Positions 1-12,049 of a stretch of 64,000 nt of DNA are shown here, piece after piece. The notes under the pieces are model-generated. The model was not told the DNA's origin, made no database searches, and saw nothing but the letters and a program-made list of their open reading frames with translations. The DNA is from Leucoraja ocellata (Eukaryota), in the NCBI GenBank assembly GCA_036785375.1, contig JAWMAR010000726.1, forward strand, positions 372,001-436,000, written 5' to 3'. The number at the start of each line of letters is the position of its first letter. The stretch's first letter is position 1. Position numbers and translations under genes: made by a program.

Positions 1-12
1 ATCCTTCCCCAG

Positions 13-161
13 CTATTCTGCAGGAGCCCGGTGGATATGTGCTGCTGGACGTTTTGAACTCGTTGGAATCGGAATATAGCATTGAGCCGCAGTCAGTCCC
101 CTCCACCATTACATGGAGAAGACAACTGCCTCAGGTCATCTTGGACCAGCTTTCTGAGGAG
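13..161 (+). CDS. EME2: EME2 (MUS81 partner, ERCC4 family) internal coding exon
   Basis: cccAG acceptor and GAG|GTAGGC donor. Translates ILQEPGGYVLLDVLNSLESEYSIEPQSVPSTITWRRQLPQVILDQLSEE, resembling the EME ERCC4-domain start. Synteny with SPSB3 favours EME2 over EME1. Confidence 0.85.
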
Positions 162-635
162 GTAGGCAGATGGGATGAGTTCTCTCTTTCCATCGATCTG
201 TGGAGTACAGGTTTATTATTTTGGATTTTAGGGGCAGCACAAAAGCGCAGCAACAGAGCTGTCCTGGCCTTTTTCTGACCTCAAGTTCCCTTCCCTCTAC
301 TTTCAGTCCCAACCTGACACGTCACCCATCCTCTCTCTCCAGAAATGTTGCCTGACCCGCTGAACTACATCAGCACTTTGTGTCTACCTTTGCCAGCATC
401 TATAGTTCCTTTCTACACAAGAGCTGCTGCCTCCGAGCACCTGAGACACGGGTTCTATCCTTACACGGGTGCTGCATGTGCGGAGTTTGGATGAATCTGT
501 GCTCAGAGGGAACAGGGACATTGGTTTAGGTTCAGAAATATCTTTAGGTTTATTATTGTAATGTGTACAGTGAAAAGCTTTGTTCTGCATGTTATCCAAG
601 CAGATCAGATAATGCTCTACATAATACTATGCATT

Positions 636-1698
636 TCAAGTCAAGAGTCAAGAGTGTTTTATTGCCATATGTCTCAGATAGAACAATCAAATTCTTACTT
701 ACTGCAGTACAACAGAATATGTAAACATATTACATAACGCGAGAAAAAAAGTTCAGTGTGTGTGTGTGTATGTACATGCACACATACTCAATAGATAGAC
801 AAATATAGTGCAATAATAATAATAATCTGTTGTAGTTCAGAGCTTATTTGTTGTTGTGTTTAATAGCCTGATGGCTGTAGGGAAGAAGCTGTTCCTGAAC
901 CTGGACGTTACAGTTTTCAGGCTCCTGTACCTTCTTCCCGATGGCAATGGTGAAATGAGTGTGTGGCCAGGATGGTGTGGGTCTTTGATGATGAAGGCTG
1001 CCTTTTTGAGGCAGCGACTTCGATAGATCCCTTCGGTGGTGGGGAGGTCAGAGCCGGTGATGAACTGGGCAGTGGTCACAACTTTCTGCAGTCTTTTCCA
1101 CTCCTGGACGCTCAAGTTGCTGAACCAGGCCACGATGCAACCAGTCAGTATGCTCTACTGTGCACCTGTAGAAGCTCAAGAGAATCCTCTTTGACATACT
1201 GAATCTCCGTAATCTTCTCAGGACGTATAGGCGCTGATGTGCCTTCTTTATAATTGCATCAGTCTGCTGGGTCCAGGAAAGATCTTCAGAAATATGCACG
1301 TCCAGGAATTTGAAGCTCTTGACCCTCTCCACCATCGATCCGTTGATATAAACAGGATTGTGAGTCCTCATCCTTCCCCTTCCAAAGTCCACAATCAGTT
1401 CCTCGGTTTTACTGGTGTTGAGAGCCAGGTTGTTGTGCTGGCACCATTTGGTCAATCGGTCGATCTCACTTCTATACTCTGACTCATCACCATCTGTAAT
1501 TTGTCCAACAACAGTGGTGTCATCGGTGAACTTGATGATGGTGTTCGCACTGTGTCCGGCTGCACAGTCATGAGTATAGAGTGACTACAGCAGGGGGCTG
1601 AGCACGCAGCCTTGAGGTGCTACCATACTGATTGTTACTGAAGATGAAGTATTTCTGCCAATTCGAACAGACTGTGGTCCGTGGATGAGGAAGTCGAG
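636..1698 (-). mobile_element. Rex1/Babar- or L2-type non-LTR retrotransposon, 3' part, frameshifted
   Basis: Minus-strand ORFs WCQHNNLALNTSKT..KAHQRLYVLRRLRRF and LPSGRRYRS..RFRNSFFPTAIRLLN. Tail with CAATAAA and short tandem repeats. Confidence 0.85.
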
Positions 1699-1714
1699 GA
1701 AAGTGTGAAGCCTT

Positions 1715-2330
1715 GAAAGTGGCTTACAGAACATTGGCCTTGATCGGTCCTATTGACAATAGAAGTTGGGAGGTTAAGCTACAGTTGTACAAGACATTGG
1801 TGAGACCACATATAGAGTATTGTATTCAGTTGGGGCCACTCGGTTATGGGAAAGATTAAGCTGGAAAGGGTGCAGAGAACTTACGAGAATGTTGCCAGAA
1901 CTCGAACGGTCTGAGCCATTGGGAGAGGCTGGGTAGGGTTGGACTTTATTCCTTGGAGCAGAGGAGGTGGACGAGCGGTGATCTTATAGACGTGTATAAG
2001 ATCATGAGAGGAATTGATAGGATACATTCACAGAATTTATTATCCAGAGTAGGGGAATCCAGAACCAGAGGACATTGATTTAAGGTGAAGGGGGAAAAGA
2101 TTTAATATGAACCTGAGGGGCAACCTTTTTTCCCAATAGGCGGTGGGTATATGGAACGAGCTTCCAGGGAGGTAGTTGAAGCAGGTACTATCATAACAAT
2201 TAAAAAACATTTGGACAGGTACATGGATAGGATAGGGTTAGGAGGATATGGGCCATACATGGCAGGTGGGACTAGTGGGGCATATTGGTCGGTGGTGCTG
2301 AATGGCCTGTTTCCATGCTGTATGACTCTA
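1715..2330 (+). mobile_element. Decayed CR1 LINE 3' end
   Basis: Remnants of LYKTLVRPH.EYCIQ and ERVQR, followed by a GGCCTGTTTCCATGCTGTATGACTCTA tail. Confidence 0.8.
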
Positions 2331-2411
2331 TAATTACAATCAAGTCAAATTCAAGTTCAATAGATAGAGCAAAGGGGAAGTATGGACACACAAAAAAACC
2401 TTCTCAGATGT

Positions 2412-2957
2412 ATTTCAAAGGTTTCAAAGGTCTTTAATTGTCACATGTACCAATTAAGGTACAGTGATATGCAAATTACCATACAGCCGTACGGAAAAAA
2501 AGCAACTAGACACACAACTCTATAAAAGTTCACATAAACATCCACCACGGTGGATTCCCCACATTCCTCACTGTGATGGAAGGCAAAATGTCCAATCTTC
2601 TTCCTCGTTATTCTGCCGCGGTCGGGGCAGTCGAACCATCCGTCAGGGCGATCGAAGCTCCCGCAGCCGGCGGTCGAAGCTCCCGTGTTGGGCCAATGGA
2701 AGCTCCTGCGGCTTGGAGTCCCCACAGTCAGTCTCTGAGCAGAGACCACGGGCTCCGTGATGTTAAAGTCCACAAGCACCCACGGTTGGAACTCCGAGGT
2801 CGATCCGCGATGGTAAGTCCGCAAGCTCCGCGGTGGAGCTTCTCGAAGACGGTCTCCAGCAAACGCGCCAACTCCTCGATGTTAGGCTGCAGTGAGGATG
2901 GAGATACGATACGGAAAAAAATCGGATCTCCGTCGAGGTAAGAAATTAGAAAAAACT
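2412..2957 (-). mobile_element. GC-rich non-autonomous retroelement, 3' part
   Basis: Shares the TCACAGTGAGGA..GTGGTGGATGTT block and a GACAAT.AA tail with 29229-30218. Confidence 0.55.
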
Positions 2958-3045
2958 TGAAAGTCTGAAATAATTAGCCAATTGATGCATCATTTCGTTG
3001 TATTTGAAATGCTGTTTATTTGTTAATATTGATTTGTGCTTTCAG

Positions 3046-3138
3046 AGTAAACATTTATACAAATCTAAGGAAGAAAATCAAATTCTGGTGCTACTTTCAC
3101 CAAATTATTTCCTTAACATGGTGTGGTTGCATAAACAG
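3046..3138 (+). CDS. EME2: EME2 coding exon
   Basis: ttttcAG ... CAG|GTAACG, phase 0-0. SKHLYKSKEENQILVLLSPNYFLNMVWLHKQ matches the EME E..LLLL.P.EFL block. Confidence 0.85.
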
Positions 3139-3444
3139 GTAACGATCAACCTCAGGTGTTTGGCCTGCATGATATTTTGCTTAGTGGACAGAGAGGAGGG
3201 AGGGAGGGAGAGTAGTTGAGGGATTGGTGCGGAGGGGGGAGGTGGAGATGGGGGAGGGGAGGGAAGAAAATAACATGGACATATAGGAAAAAACATGCAC
3301 TGGACTGGCAAAGAGCAGAATATTTAGCCAACATGTTTCAGATATTAAGGGAACCAAGGGATGGGGGTTAGTGCTGGAAAGTGGTGCTGAGGTCAAAGAT
3401 CAACAAAGATCTTATTGAGCGATGATGATCTGCACCAGCCCCAG

Positions 3445-3725
3445 GGGCCTCCAGCTGTTGCGGGACCTCCAGCTGTTGCGGGACCTCCAGCTGTTGCAGG
3501 GCCTCCAGCTGTTGCGGGGCCTCCAGCTGTTGCGGGGCCTCCAGCTGTTGCAGGGCCTCCAGCTGTTGCAGGGCCTCCAGCTGTTGCAGGGCCTCCAGCT
3601 GTTGCGGGACCTCCAGCTGTTGCGGGGCCTCCAGTTGTTTCAGGGCCTCCAGCTGTTGCGGGGCCTCCAGCTGTTGCGGGACCTCCAGCTGTTGCAGGGC
3701 CTCCAGCTGTTGCGGGGCTCCAGCC
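3445..3725. repeat. 18-bp minisatellite (GGGCCTCCAGCTGTTGCR) x ~15
   Basis: Direct reading. It explains the repetitive ORFs in several frames. Confidence 0.95.
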
Positions 3726-4249
3726 ATTGCCTTCTTTGACAAGTGATGTTCTTCTCCTCGCCCCTCCACCTTTGTGTCCCGAGGGAGCCTCCCACAGCCG
3801 ACCGACCTCGAGGGTGGGGTAGGCCAGACCCCGGTTCCGTCTCCTCTCCTACCGGCCTCACTCCTCACCCGTCACGTCCAACGTTGTTCCCGGCTCCATC
3901 CTCCTGGTATCTCTCTTGTGAAAAGCTGCAAATCCTTTCCACCTGAACCAGGGGTTCCCTTTCTCCTCTCATTCTTTCTTTGCCTTTTTATTTGTTTTAC
4001 TGCTTGTGTTTAGGAAGCAGACCAATCTTTTGGGATTCCTTTTTTTTGTGTATTTCCCTCCCTAACTCTCTCCCTCCCTATTAATTAAAAAAAAAAAAAA
4101 CCTCTTATGATACTCTCAGAACATTGAAGTTGTGCACATGGATTACCATGGAAATGCTTCAGACCAAGTGTGGATAAATGGGACAAGTAATAGATGGATA
4201 ATTATGGTCAGAATAGACATGGTGGGCTAGTTGTAATTCTTTTATTCTC

Positions 4250-4530
4250 AGAATAAAAGGATGTACCTGTAGAAAAGAGACAAAGAGGAATTTATTTAGT
4301 CAGAGAGTGCTGAATCTATGCAATTCATTGCCACAGATGGCTGTGGAGGCCAAGTCGTTGGGTATTTTTAAGGCATAGATTGATAGGCTCTTGATCAATA
4401 AGAGTGTTAAGGGTTGTGGGGAAAAGTCGGGAGAATGGGGTTGAGAGGAAAAGATAGATCAGCCATGCTTGAGTGGTGGAGTAGACTCAATGGGCTGAAT
4501 GGCCTAATTCTGCTCCCATGACTTATGAAC
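4250..4530 (+). mobile_element. CR1 LINE 3' terminus
   Basis: FSQRVLNLCNSLPQMAVEAKSLGIFKA followed by the typical 3' UTR (GAATGGCCTAATTCTGCTCC). Confidence 0.8.
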
Positions 4531-4630
4531 GTATGATGGGCCATAGGGCCTGTATCTATGCTATATGATTCTATGACTCCTATGTTAGCAAATCAATGGC
4601 ATCAGTTTAAATTATTTCTTTGCTTGACAG

Positions 4631-4755
4631 AAAATGAAAGGCGTTTTCATGGAAGACATTTGTGAAAACTTTGACAGTTTTATAATGAGAGTTCTGGGCA
4701 AGCAGTTTTACAGAAAAGCTACATTGGCTGTCATTGGATTGGATACTTACACAAG
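4631..4755 (+). CDS. EME2: EME2 coding exon
   Basis: gacAG ... AG|GTGAGT. KMKGVFMEDICENFDSFIMRVLGKQFYRKATLAVIGLDTYT contains the LAVIGLD.Y motif. Confidence 0.85.
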
Positions 4756-4970
4756 GTGAGTGTGAGCTCTTGGTTTTATTGCTGGTATTTGCCAGAGTCC
4801 TGGTCTCATTTCAGTCTTACACCAGAATAGATGTGGTGATCAGAAATGTTGAGAACCTCTTTGTAACTTCTTCAACTTCCACTTGTATAATTAGTGAGAT
4901 AAAGGTTGATGTTGTCTGTTTTCCTCTCCAGTGGATAGAAACATTACCGCACCCCATTGATTCATTGTAA

Positions 4971-5155
4971 AGGGCCTGTCCCACTTTGGTGACTCTTTAG
5001 GCGACTGCCAGGGACTAGTTTTAATGGAATTCACCCGCGACACCTGGCGTCAACGTACGACAGCAAAAACTGTCGCCACTGTCGACGAAAAGTTTTCAAC
5101 ATGTTGAAAATTTTGCGGCAGTCGCCTGTAGTCGCCCAAAAGTGGGACAAACCCT
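4971..5155. mobile_element. PIF/Harbinger-type MITE
   Basis: TIRs AGGGCCTGTCCCACTTT / AAAGTGGGACAAACCCT, with a central palindrome TTTTCAACATGTTGAAAA. Confidence 0.75.
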
Positions 5156-5407
5156 AAAGTGTCTACAGTATGGTGGAACTATAAAGGTTTGGGGCTTTTC
5201 TTACTATGGCAATAAGGAGGCATTCCTTTTCCATAGAAAATGTTATTTTCACCATGTTTTGCTGGCTGAGTATATTTTGAAGATATCAAGCACATTGAAT
5301 TGATGTGATGCTAAAACCACCACTGGTATCAATTTTTATGTGAATTGTGCATATTCATTGTTTTGGTCCTTTACGAAGAAAGGTAATTGTCTCCTTAAAT
5401 CATTTAG

Positions 5408-5525
5408 GGAGAAAGGGCTTTATAGTCCAGTGAAACGACAGCTGAATTCAGAAAACACCAGGGATGAAGATTCTGAGTCATGGGTTAGCAAAGAGCTTGG
5501 CTTGACCTGTGCAGATTTGGACGAG
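5408..5525 (+). CDS. EME2: EME2 coding exon
   Basis: tttAG acceptor, phase 2 matches the previous exon. EKGLYSPVKRQLNSENTRDEDSESWVSKELGLTCADLDE, then a GT donor. Confidence 0.75.
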
Positions 5526-5930
5526 GTCTGTGTTGCTTTTCTCTATTAGTTGGTTTCTCTGAGCTTCAAACTTGGTTGACAATCCACTTTGAAGAATAAG
5601 TATTTTGGGCAAAAGTCATAAGTGGGAGAATGAAGAAGGTTCCCATCCTGAAACATCACCTACCCGTGTTCTCCATTAATGTTGCCTGGCCCGCTGAGTT
5701 ACTCCAGCACTTTGTCCTTTTGTGTTCTTAGATTTACCGACGGTGGCTGAATCAACCAGTGCCTTCAAAACAGACCTGGATAAGCCTATGGGGAATGAGA
5801 CTGATGAGATTGGACTGGTAAAAGTGAGGCAGGCTAATGGGGCTAAATGGCCTCCATTTGGTGCCTTAACAATTCTAAGATTCTATGACCAGCACTTTTC
5901 TTGAATAAAAGGTAGATTTATATTCTGGAG

Positions 5931-6257
5931 TAAGAAACATCCAGATGCCGGTTTACACCAAGGATAGACACAAAATACTGGAGTAACGCAGCGGATCAGG
6001 CAGCATTTCTGGAGGAAAGGAATAGGTGACGTTTCGGGTCAAAACCTTTCTCATACATCTAGTTCCCACCGCCACCCCCCCGACCCGAAACGTCACCTAT
6101 TCCTTTTCTCCAGAGATGCTGCCTGACCCGCTGAGTAACATAGAAAATAGATGATGGAGTGGGCCATTCAACCCTTTGAGCCAGCACCGCCATTCAATAG
6201 GATCATGGCTGACCATCCACAATCAGTTCCATTTTGCATTTTGTGTCTATCTTTTAC
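5931..6257. mobile_element. Fold-back Penelope-LTR-derived element with a nested CR1 tail (~6137-6232)
   Basis: Inverted arms, with ATTCTGGAG duplicated at 5922-5930 and 6258-6266. Confidence 0.75.
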
Positions 6258-6437
6258 ATTCTGGAGGCCTTGCTACTTAAATGAATCAGTCCTCCTGAGG
6301 TAAATAGAGGCGTTTACATTTGCAAAGCATGTGCAATTTCCCAGTGCATGTTACTTCAGTGGATAGAATTGGTAAATGTCAGCAGGTTATACTGTCTTAC
6401 TCTGGCTCCAGCTCACTTCTTGCTGGTTTGTGTCCAG

Positions 6438-6553
6438 GTCCAGGTTGCGTTGCAGCTGCAAACACACACAACAGTTTGGTTCTTGGAGAACTGGCAACAA
6501 TTTGCTGATCACATTGCAACTCTTACAAAGGCAATAGCTCGATCCCCGTTCAA
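6438..6553 (+). CDS. EME2: EME2 coding exon
   Basis: VQVALQLQTHTTVWFLENWQQFADHIATLTKAIARSPF(K), donor AA|GTAAGT. Matches the EME LQL...W......TKA.A..P.K block. Confidence 0.9.
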
Positions 6554-7313
6554 GTAAGTCAAACTACAGTGCATACCCATGCAGCAGAAAAATGAACGTT
6601 TAAAAATTGATCTAGAAAATTAATTTTTTCCTGTCGGGTGCAAATTAAAACCTGATATATTACATTTTTTTTTAGCAAATGCCTGCTACAACTCATTTTC
6701 ATTTATGAGGTGATGTTACTGTAAGGTTTATCTCCAAAGCCATAGATTGGTTAGATAGCCATCAATTCACTGTTATAGAGTTGGCTCTGGTGGGTTTTTC
6801 TTTTAGACAGCCTTACTACTACGACATCACATGTCTTTAGTGGAATCTTTAGTCTGACTGCAATACTCTGAGGGAGGAAATGTACACACGTCAGTCTTAC
6901 ACATGCAACGTTAACCCTTGTTTGGTTTATATCGATACATGAATCCTGGTTTACTTCCATAACATTCTGCAGTTGATTGAATAAAGTATTCCTCCTGATA
7001 ACCGTTAATGCAACAACACAACCAATTCAGTTTTCCTACGAGACCGGATAATAAGCATCGGTGGGGTTGCATCTTGCATGCGTTTGGCTGGGTGAACCAT
7101 TGTCTTCCATGGTCACAATACATTGTGTTCATGGCTTGACATTATTTCAATTCTTCATACAAGATACTTATTTATACTATTTATTCAAGGTGCACAGCAT
7201 TTGGCATTGGCCTTTGCATGTCTAAGATGGTGATTGAAGGAATGTGTTTACAAAGCCAAAGAAAAACGAACCTTCTTTTGACAAGACGTTCTTGTGAAAA
7301 TAATTCTGTTTAG

Positions 7314-7503
7314 AAAGCAAAGTGAGAGAATGACCTTCTCCTTCTGCCCTGATGGAACATGGTCCACTGGTGTGAAAGTGGATAAGGATGGAAAGGGGCT
7401 CCTGAAATTGTGGAAAAAACAGCTCCAGCAACTCAACAGGATCACCCAGCCAGTGGCCATGGCAATAGCACAAGCCTACCCCACACCACAGCTCCTCCAG
7501 CGG
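7314..7503 (+). CDS. EME2: EME2 coding exon (start of the HhH region)
   Basis: KQSERMTFSFCPDGTWSTGVKVDKDGKGLLKLWKKQLQQLNRITQPVAMAIAQAYPTPQLLQR, with tttAG acceptor and GTAATG donor. Confidence 0.92.
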
Positions 7504-8114
7504 GTAATGGCAGCTACCTGTACATATCTGCCATTTGTTCTCATTCACATCTACGCTGACACTTTCCATCCATCTTAATAGATTCCACTATTCATCTTGC
7601 TGTGTCATTAACAAACAGTGAAACCTTGATTATCTGTAGTCTTTATCACCTGCCACGGTTTCCATGCAAACCAGGTGACCAGCAAGACTTGTAGCCAAAA
7701 CATTAAGTTTTAAAAAAACTGGTTCCCTCTTGGTCATTGGGTTCTTCCTTCAGCCAGCCAGATAGCTGCTAAATTTCCATGCTTCCCCTGTGTTTAACTT
7801 AAAAACTAACAAGGAATTGGCAGGAAGCAAATACCTTAGAATGTATCATTAAAAAAAAATGAAGTGTTGACATCTAAACATACTAGAAAGTGGATAAGAT
7901 TAAAAAAAGATAAATCATAAAATAGAAACTAAGCTGGGGCTAAGGGGACTTGATCCATTTGCATTTTAATTGTTTCTCAAGGATTAGTTAACAGTTCAAT
8001 TATTATTGCAATATATCTCAAGAGTGAAGAGTTTAATTGTCATGAGTCCCAATTAAATTAAGCACAACAGAATATGCAAACATGGTACTCTGTAAACAAT
8101 ATCATAATTGATAA

Positions 8115-8154
<40 letters not shown>

Positions 8155-8254
8155 AATAGATATACACACACATATACATATACATAAAAATAAACAAACA
8201 ATAATAGTGTAAAAAAACAAAGCAAATGTCCCCAAATGTCTGAAAATATTGGTT

Positions 8255-8352
8255 GCCAGGAGACAAAGGGGGCCCACTTCATCAGGGGCCCACTTGATAT
8301 AGGGGGCCCACTTGCCATCGGGCAAGCTGACACCCTGGCCAGTCCGCCACTG
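8255..8352. mobile_element. Probable hAT DNA transposon terminus
   Basis: Three GGGGCCCACTT subterminal repeats, ending GGCCAGTCCGCCACTG. Confidence 0.5.
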
Positions 8353-8842
8353 GTTGTAGGGAAGCAGCTGTTCTTGAACCTACATGTTACAGTTATCCGG
8401 CTACCTTCTTCCTGATGGCAGGAATGAAATGAGTGTGTGGCCATGGTGGTGTGGGATTGATAATAGAAAGGGACGTGGGCAGCCGTGGCATTTTTCCGGG
8501 CAAATACTCCCTCATTCATTTGGGACATTGTCTTTTTAGGGGGATAATCGAGGTTCTACTGTGTTTGTTTTGCAAGCTTCAATAACAATGCTTCAAAAAA
8601 GCAGTCATCCAAATCGCTTGCCTCTTACTTCAAATGCACATGAAATTCTGGTCGCCCAGTTTCACTTTGCTGACTTTATTAGCTTTAAGTTAAGAAATAC
8701 CCTGTTGTTCAACTCTCATCCTTACTTTAAATTTCCTTTGTGTTCTTCCTCTTTACCTCAATTTTCAGATATATCTTTATGTAACTCTCATATCAATGCT
8801 GCTCTGCTTCTGGGTTCTATCGGCTGTAACCACTTTTTTTGG

Positions 8843-9440
8843 TTTAGTTTAGTTTAATGTCACGTGTACTGAGGTACAGCAAACAGCTTTTTTGTTTTGT
8901 CCTATCCAGTCAGCAGAGAGACTATACATGATTACAATCAAGCTGTCCACAGACTACAGATGCAGGATAAAGGGAATAACTTTAAGTGCAGGATAAAGTC
9001 CAGCAAAGTCCGATTAAATATAGTCCGAGAATCTCCAATGATGTAGTTCAGGATCGCTCTCTGTTTGGTGACAGGATGGTTTTCATGCATGATAACAGCT
9101 GGGAAGAAACTGTCCCAAAATCCAGAACTAAGCTCTCACACTTCTGTACTCTTGACTGATGGGAGAAGAGGGGGTGACCAGGATGACTGTCCTTGATTAT
9201 GCTGCTGGCCTTGCCGAGATTCAGATTCAGATTCAGATTCAATTTTAATTGTCATTGTCAGTGTACAGTACAGAGACAACGAAATGCATTGAGGCTGAGG
9301 CAGCGTGAAGCGCAGATGGAGTCAATGGAAGGGAAGTTGGTTGCATGATGGTCTGGGCTGCGTCCAGAATTCACTGCAATTTCTTGCGATCTTGGGTGGA
9401 GCTGTTTCCAAACCCATGCTGTGAAGCATCCCAATAACTT
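8843..9440 (-). mobile_element. Rex/L2-type LINE 3' end with a nested LINE tail (9217-9290)
   Basis: KASSIIKDSHPGHPLFS remnant and (TTTAG)n tail. The insert (TCAGAT)n..AATTGTCATTGTCAGTG recurs at 29831. Confidence 0.75.
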
Positions 9441-10769
9441 CCTTAGTAGCTTTGTCTTCAGCTACCTATGTCTGAAGATCAGGAATTCCCTTCTATTTCT
9501 TTAACTTCACTTTCCTCAGTGACTTTGCTTATAAAATGTCTCTTTTAATATCTCCATACATACCTCATTTTAATTATTTTTTTTTACTACTACTGTGAAA
9601 TGTTTTAGTATGTTTTGTGATAGTGAAGGTGGTGTGCAAATGGAATTAGCGTCAGTTTTAAAATACAAGCAATTCTTCTTCTTTCGTGTCCATCTTCCAC
9701 GTTTCAAATGTTGACATCGCTGTCATTGTCCATCCTGAAAAGGACGCAAGCTACCGGCGACATTCAGTGGGAGCCATCACTTATTGCAAAAGATGGTGGT
9801 GGTAGCAGAATCAGCTCAGGATACTTCCAGTTTCCAGCCCTGTGACGTGGACGCTTCTGCTATAATTAATACCTTGTTTTACTTTGTCAGTGCATCAGAT
9901 GTAACGGGAGAAGTTGATCCATTAGCATAGAAAGGAACCCATTTACTGCAGGGTGACTTGGGGGGGGAAACATATACCCTTTCTGCCACTCAACCCACTG
10001 AATCTGTGCAAGTTCTCAGAGGGAAATAATAACTGAATACCATTCCCTATTTTCTTCTCTCATTATTTCTTGTAAGGGATACAGTGAATAACAATATACT
10101 GCATTGACAAACACAATATCCCAATCTTCTCTTTGCATTTATGAAAATGCATTATGCTCTACCCAGCCAAGTCTTCTCTCTAAACACAACAGTTTCAGTT
10201 TGATCCTTAAACTGCTCCAAGAGTAAGATTTATGGAGAAAAGGACTAGGTGACGTTTCGGGGTCGGAACCTGTCTGAAGTTCTGAAAGACCTATTTTTAT
10301 CCAGCTTTCCCTCAATATGCGTTGAGTCTCACCCATTCTAAATGTCATACTGATCAAAGGAAATTTGCGTTTACTTCAGGAGTTTCAACAGTAATACAAA
10401 ACAAACAGAAAATTATCAAATCAATCGTTGATTCTCAGCGCCGGCAGCTTGAACTCTCAGTCCCCAAAACCATCGAATGTTCGGGGTCCACGATAAAGTA
10501 CACAAATAGTGAAAACCAAAGAAATGAAACTGAAAAATCAGAATCTAATTCAGGGTAAAGGCTACTGGAAAATTAATCCAACCTCCTATGAAGAGTTAGA
10601 GTTCCACATCCACACACCACTGATCTCAAGACACTTTCTTCAAAAATCTACTTGCTTTTTTTGTTGCTGTAATTACAGCCATAATTGGGAACTTTTGCCA
10701 TTGTCTTTGAAATGCTGCCAGCCTATTGCAAATTTGTTCCAAATCTTTATTGATCTTTTTTAGCACACT

Positions 10770-11012
10770 TACATAGAAATATAGAAACATAGAAAATAGG
10801 TGCATTCGAGCCTGCACTGCCATTCAATATGATCATGGCTGATCATCCAACTCAGTATCCCATTCCTGCCTTCTCTCCATACCCCCTGATCCCTTTAGCC
10901 ACAAGGGCCACATCTAACTCCCTCTTAAATATAGCCAATGAACTGGCCTCAACTACCTTCTGTGGCAGAGAATTCCACAGATTCACCACTCTCTGTGTAA
11001 AAAATGATTTTC
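10770..11012 (-). mobile_element. Young CR1 3' end
   Basis: Near-identical reverse complement of 58345-58590, including the (TTCTATGT)-type tail. Confidence 0.85.
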
Positions 11013-11531
11013 TCAATTTTAACTTTTCTCAACTTTAAAGAATACATTTACTTGCATAGAGAATAATCAGGATTCACTGATTTGTTTAGTGGCATTTAAT
11101 TTTAGTTCACTCATTGAGTGTTTCTAATTAAAAAAATAGCAAGGCCATTTATCCACAATCACAATGTTGGATATTTCAATGCTCATGTCACACACTTCTA
11201 GAATAAGAAGAAACAGTGGTGTGAAACAAAAAGCAAATATTTGAAGATAGCAAGCAGTCTTGGACGGGAAACATTCCATCACATTTAGCTGCATCCATTA
11301 ACTCATTAGATAGCTCGTCACCCATTATTTTAGTCCTGCTGTTTCTTAATTCCTTGTTAACCTTGAACAGTCCCCCTGTTCCTTCCCCAAGCATATAAAC
11401 TGTTTGTTTTACAATCACTTTTGTGACCCATCATTTTTAATTGTAACGTGTGAATAAAGCTGAAAAGCAGCTATTACTGCTGGCCAAAAAGCAAACATTC
11501 ACAGACGTGCCTTAACATTCTGCATTTTAAG

Positions 11532-11702
11532 GCTTATAGACATTGTACGACAGAGTGGGAGAAGCAGAATCTGCTATCAGAGGTGAAAGTACAAGCTGGA
11601 GGAAAACGTGTGGATCGACGCGTTGGACCAGACATATCTCGCAGGTTGTATATTTTCATGACTTCAGAAAATGCTGACATAGTCTTGGATAAAAGTGGGT
11701 GA
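11532..11702 (+). CDS. EME2: EME2 last coding exon
   Basis: AYRHCTTEWEKQNLLSEVKVQAGGKRVDRRVGPDISRRLYIFMTSENADIVLDKSG*, containing the RRVGPD.SRR C-terminal motif. TGA at 11700-11702. Confidence 0.92.
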   Translation, partial: AYRHCTTEWEKQNLLSEVKVQAGGKRVDRRVGPDISRRLYIFMTSENADIVLDKSG

Positions 11703-12049
11703 ACAGAGATGAAAACTTGCGACATTTTACCATTTGCCTTTATGATTTAACACAAAGAAACACACATGAACAAAGTTTGGCTGAATTTGAAACAGTTCAG
11801 CGTCAGAGTTGCCGTTACAGTTTGTGTGAGCTCGGAACCGATTGTTATTAAACCAAAATTAGTCTTAATTCACTATTTCATGTAATGGGTTAACAACTAT
11901 GAGCAGGATGTCAAAAACTAGCCAGTTTTTAAAACAATCAGGTTTTTCTGCTCATTCTATATTCCAAACACAAATGGCCACATGCAAGATTATATAATGG
12001 AAAGAAAATACGTTGTATTTTAAAGTAAGTTACAACTCTCGAATAATAT

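Noticed and set aside
1048-1455. ALKBH8-like host gene fragment
   Set aside because: The motif is the C-terminal part of Rex/L2 LINE ORF2, present in several copies here.
3368-3868. Collagen-, elastin- or involucrin-like repetitive proteins
   Set aside because: Open frames arise from a stop-free 18-bp repeat, with no splice or homology support.
9670-11420. Hidden exons or a nested gene in the last EME2 intron
   Set aside because: I found no recognisable protein similarity or phase-consistent exon chain, and EME2 joins correctly without them.
13-11702. EME1 assignment
   Set aside because: Adjacency to SPSB3-NUBP2-IGFALS and the LAVIGLD.Y and RRVGPD.SRR motifs fit EME2. A phylogeny would be decisive.
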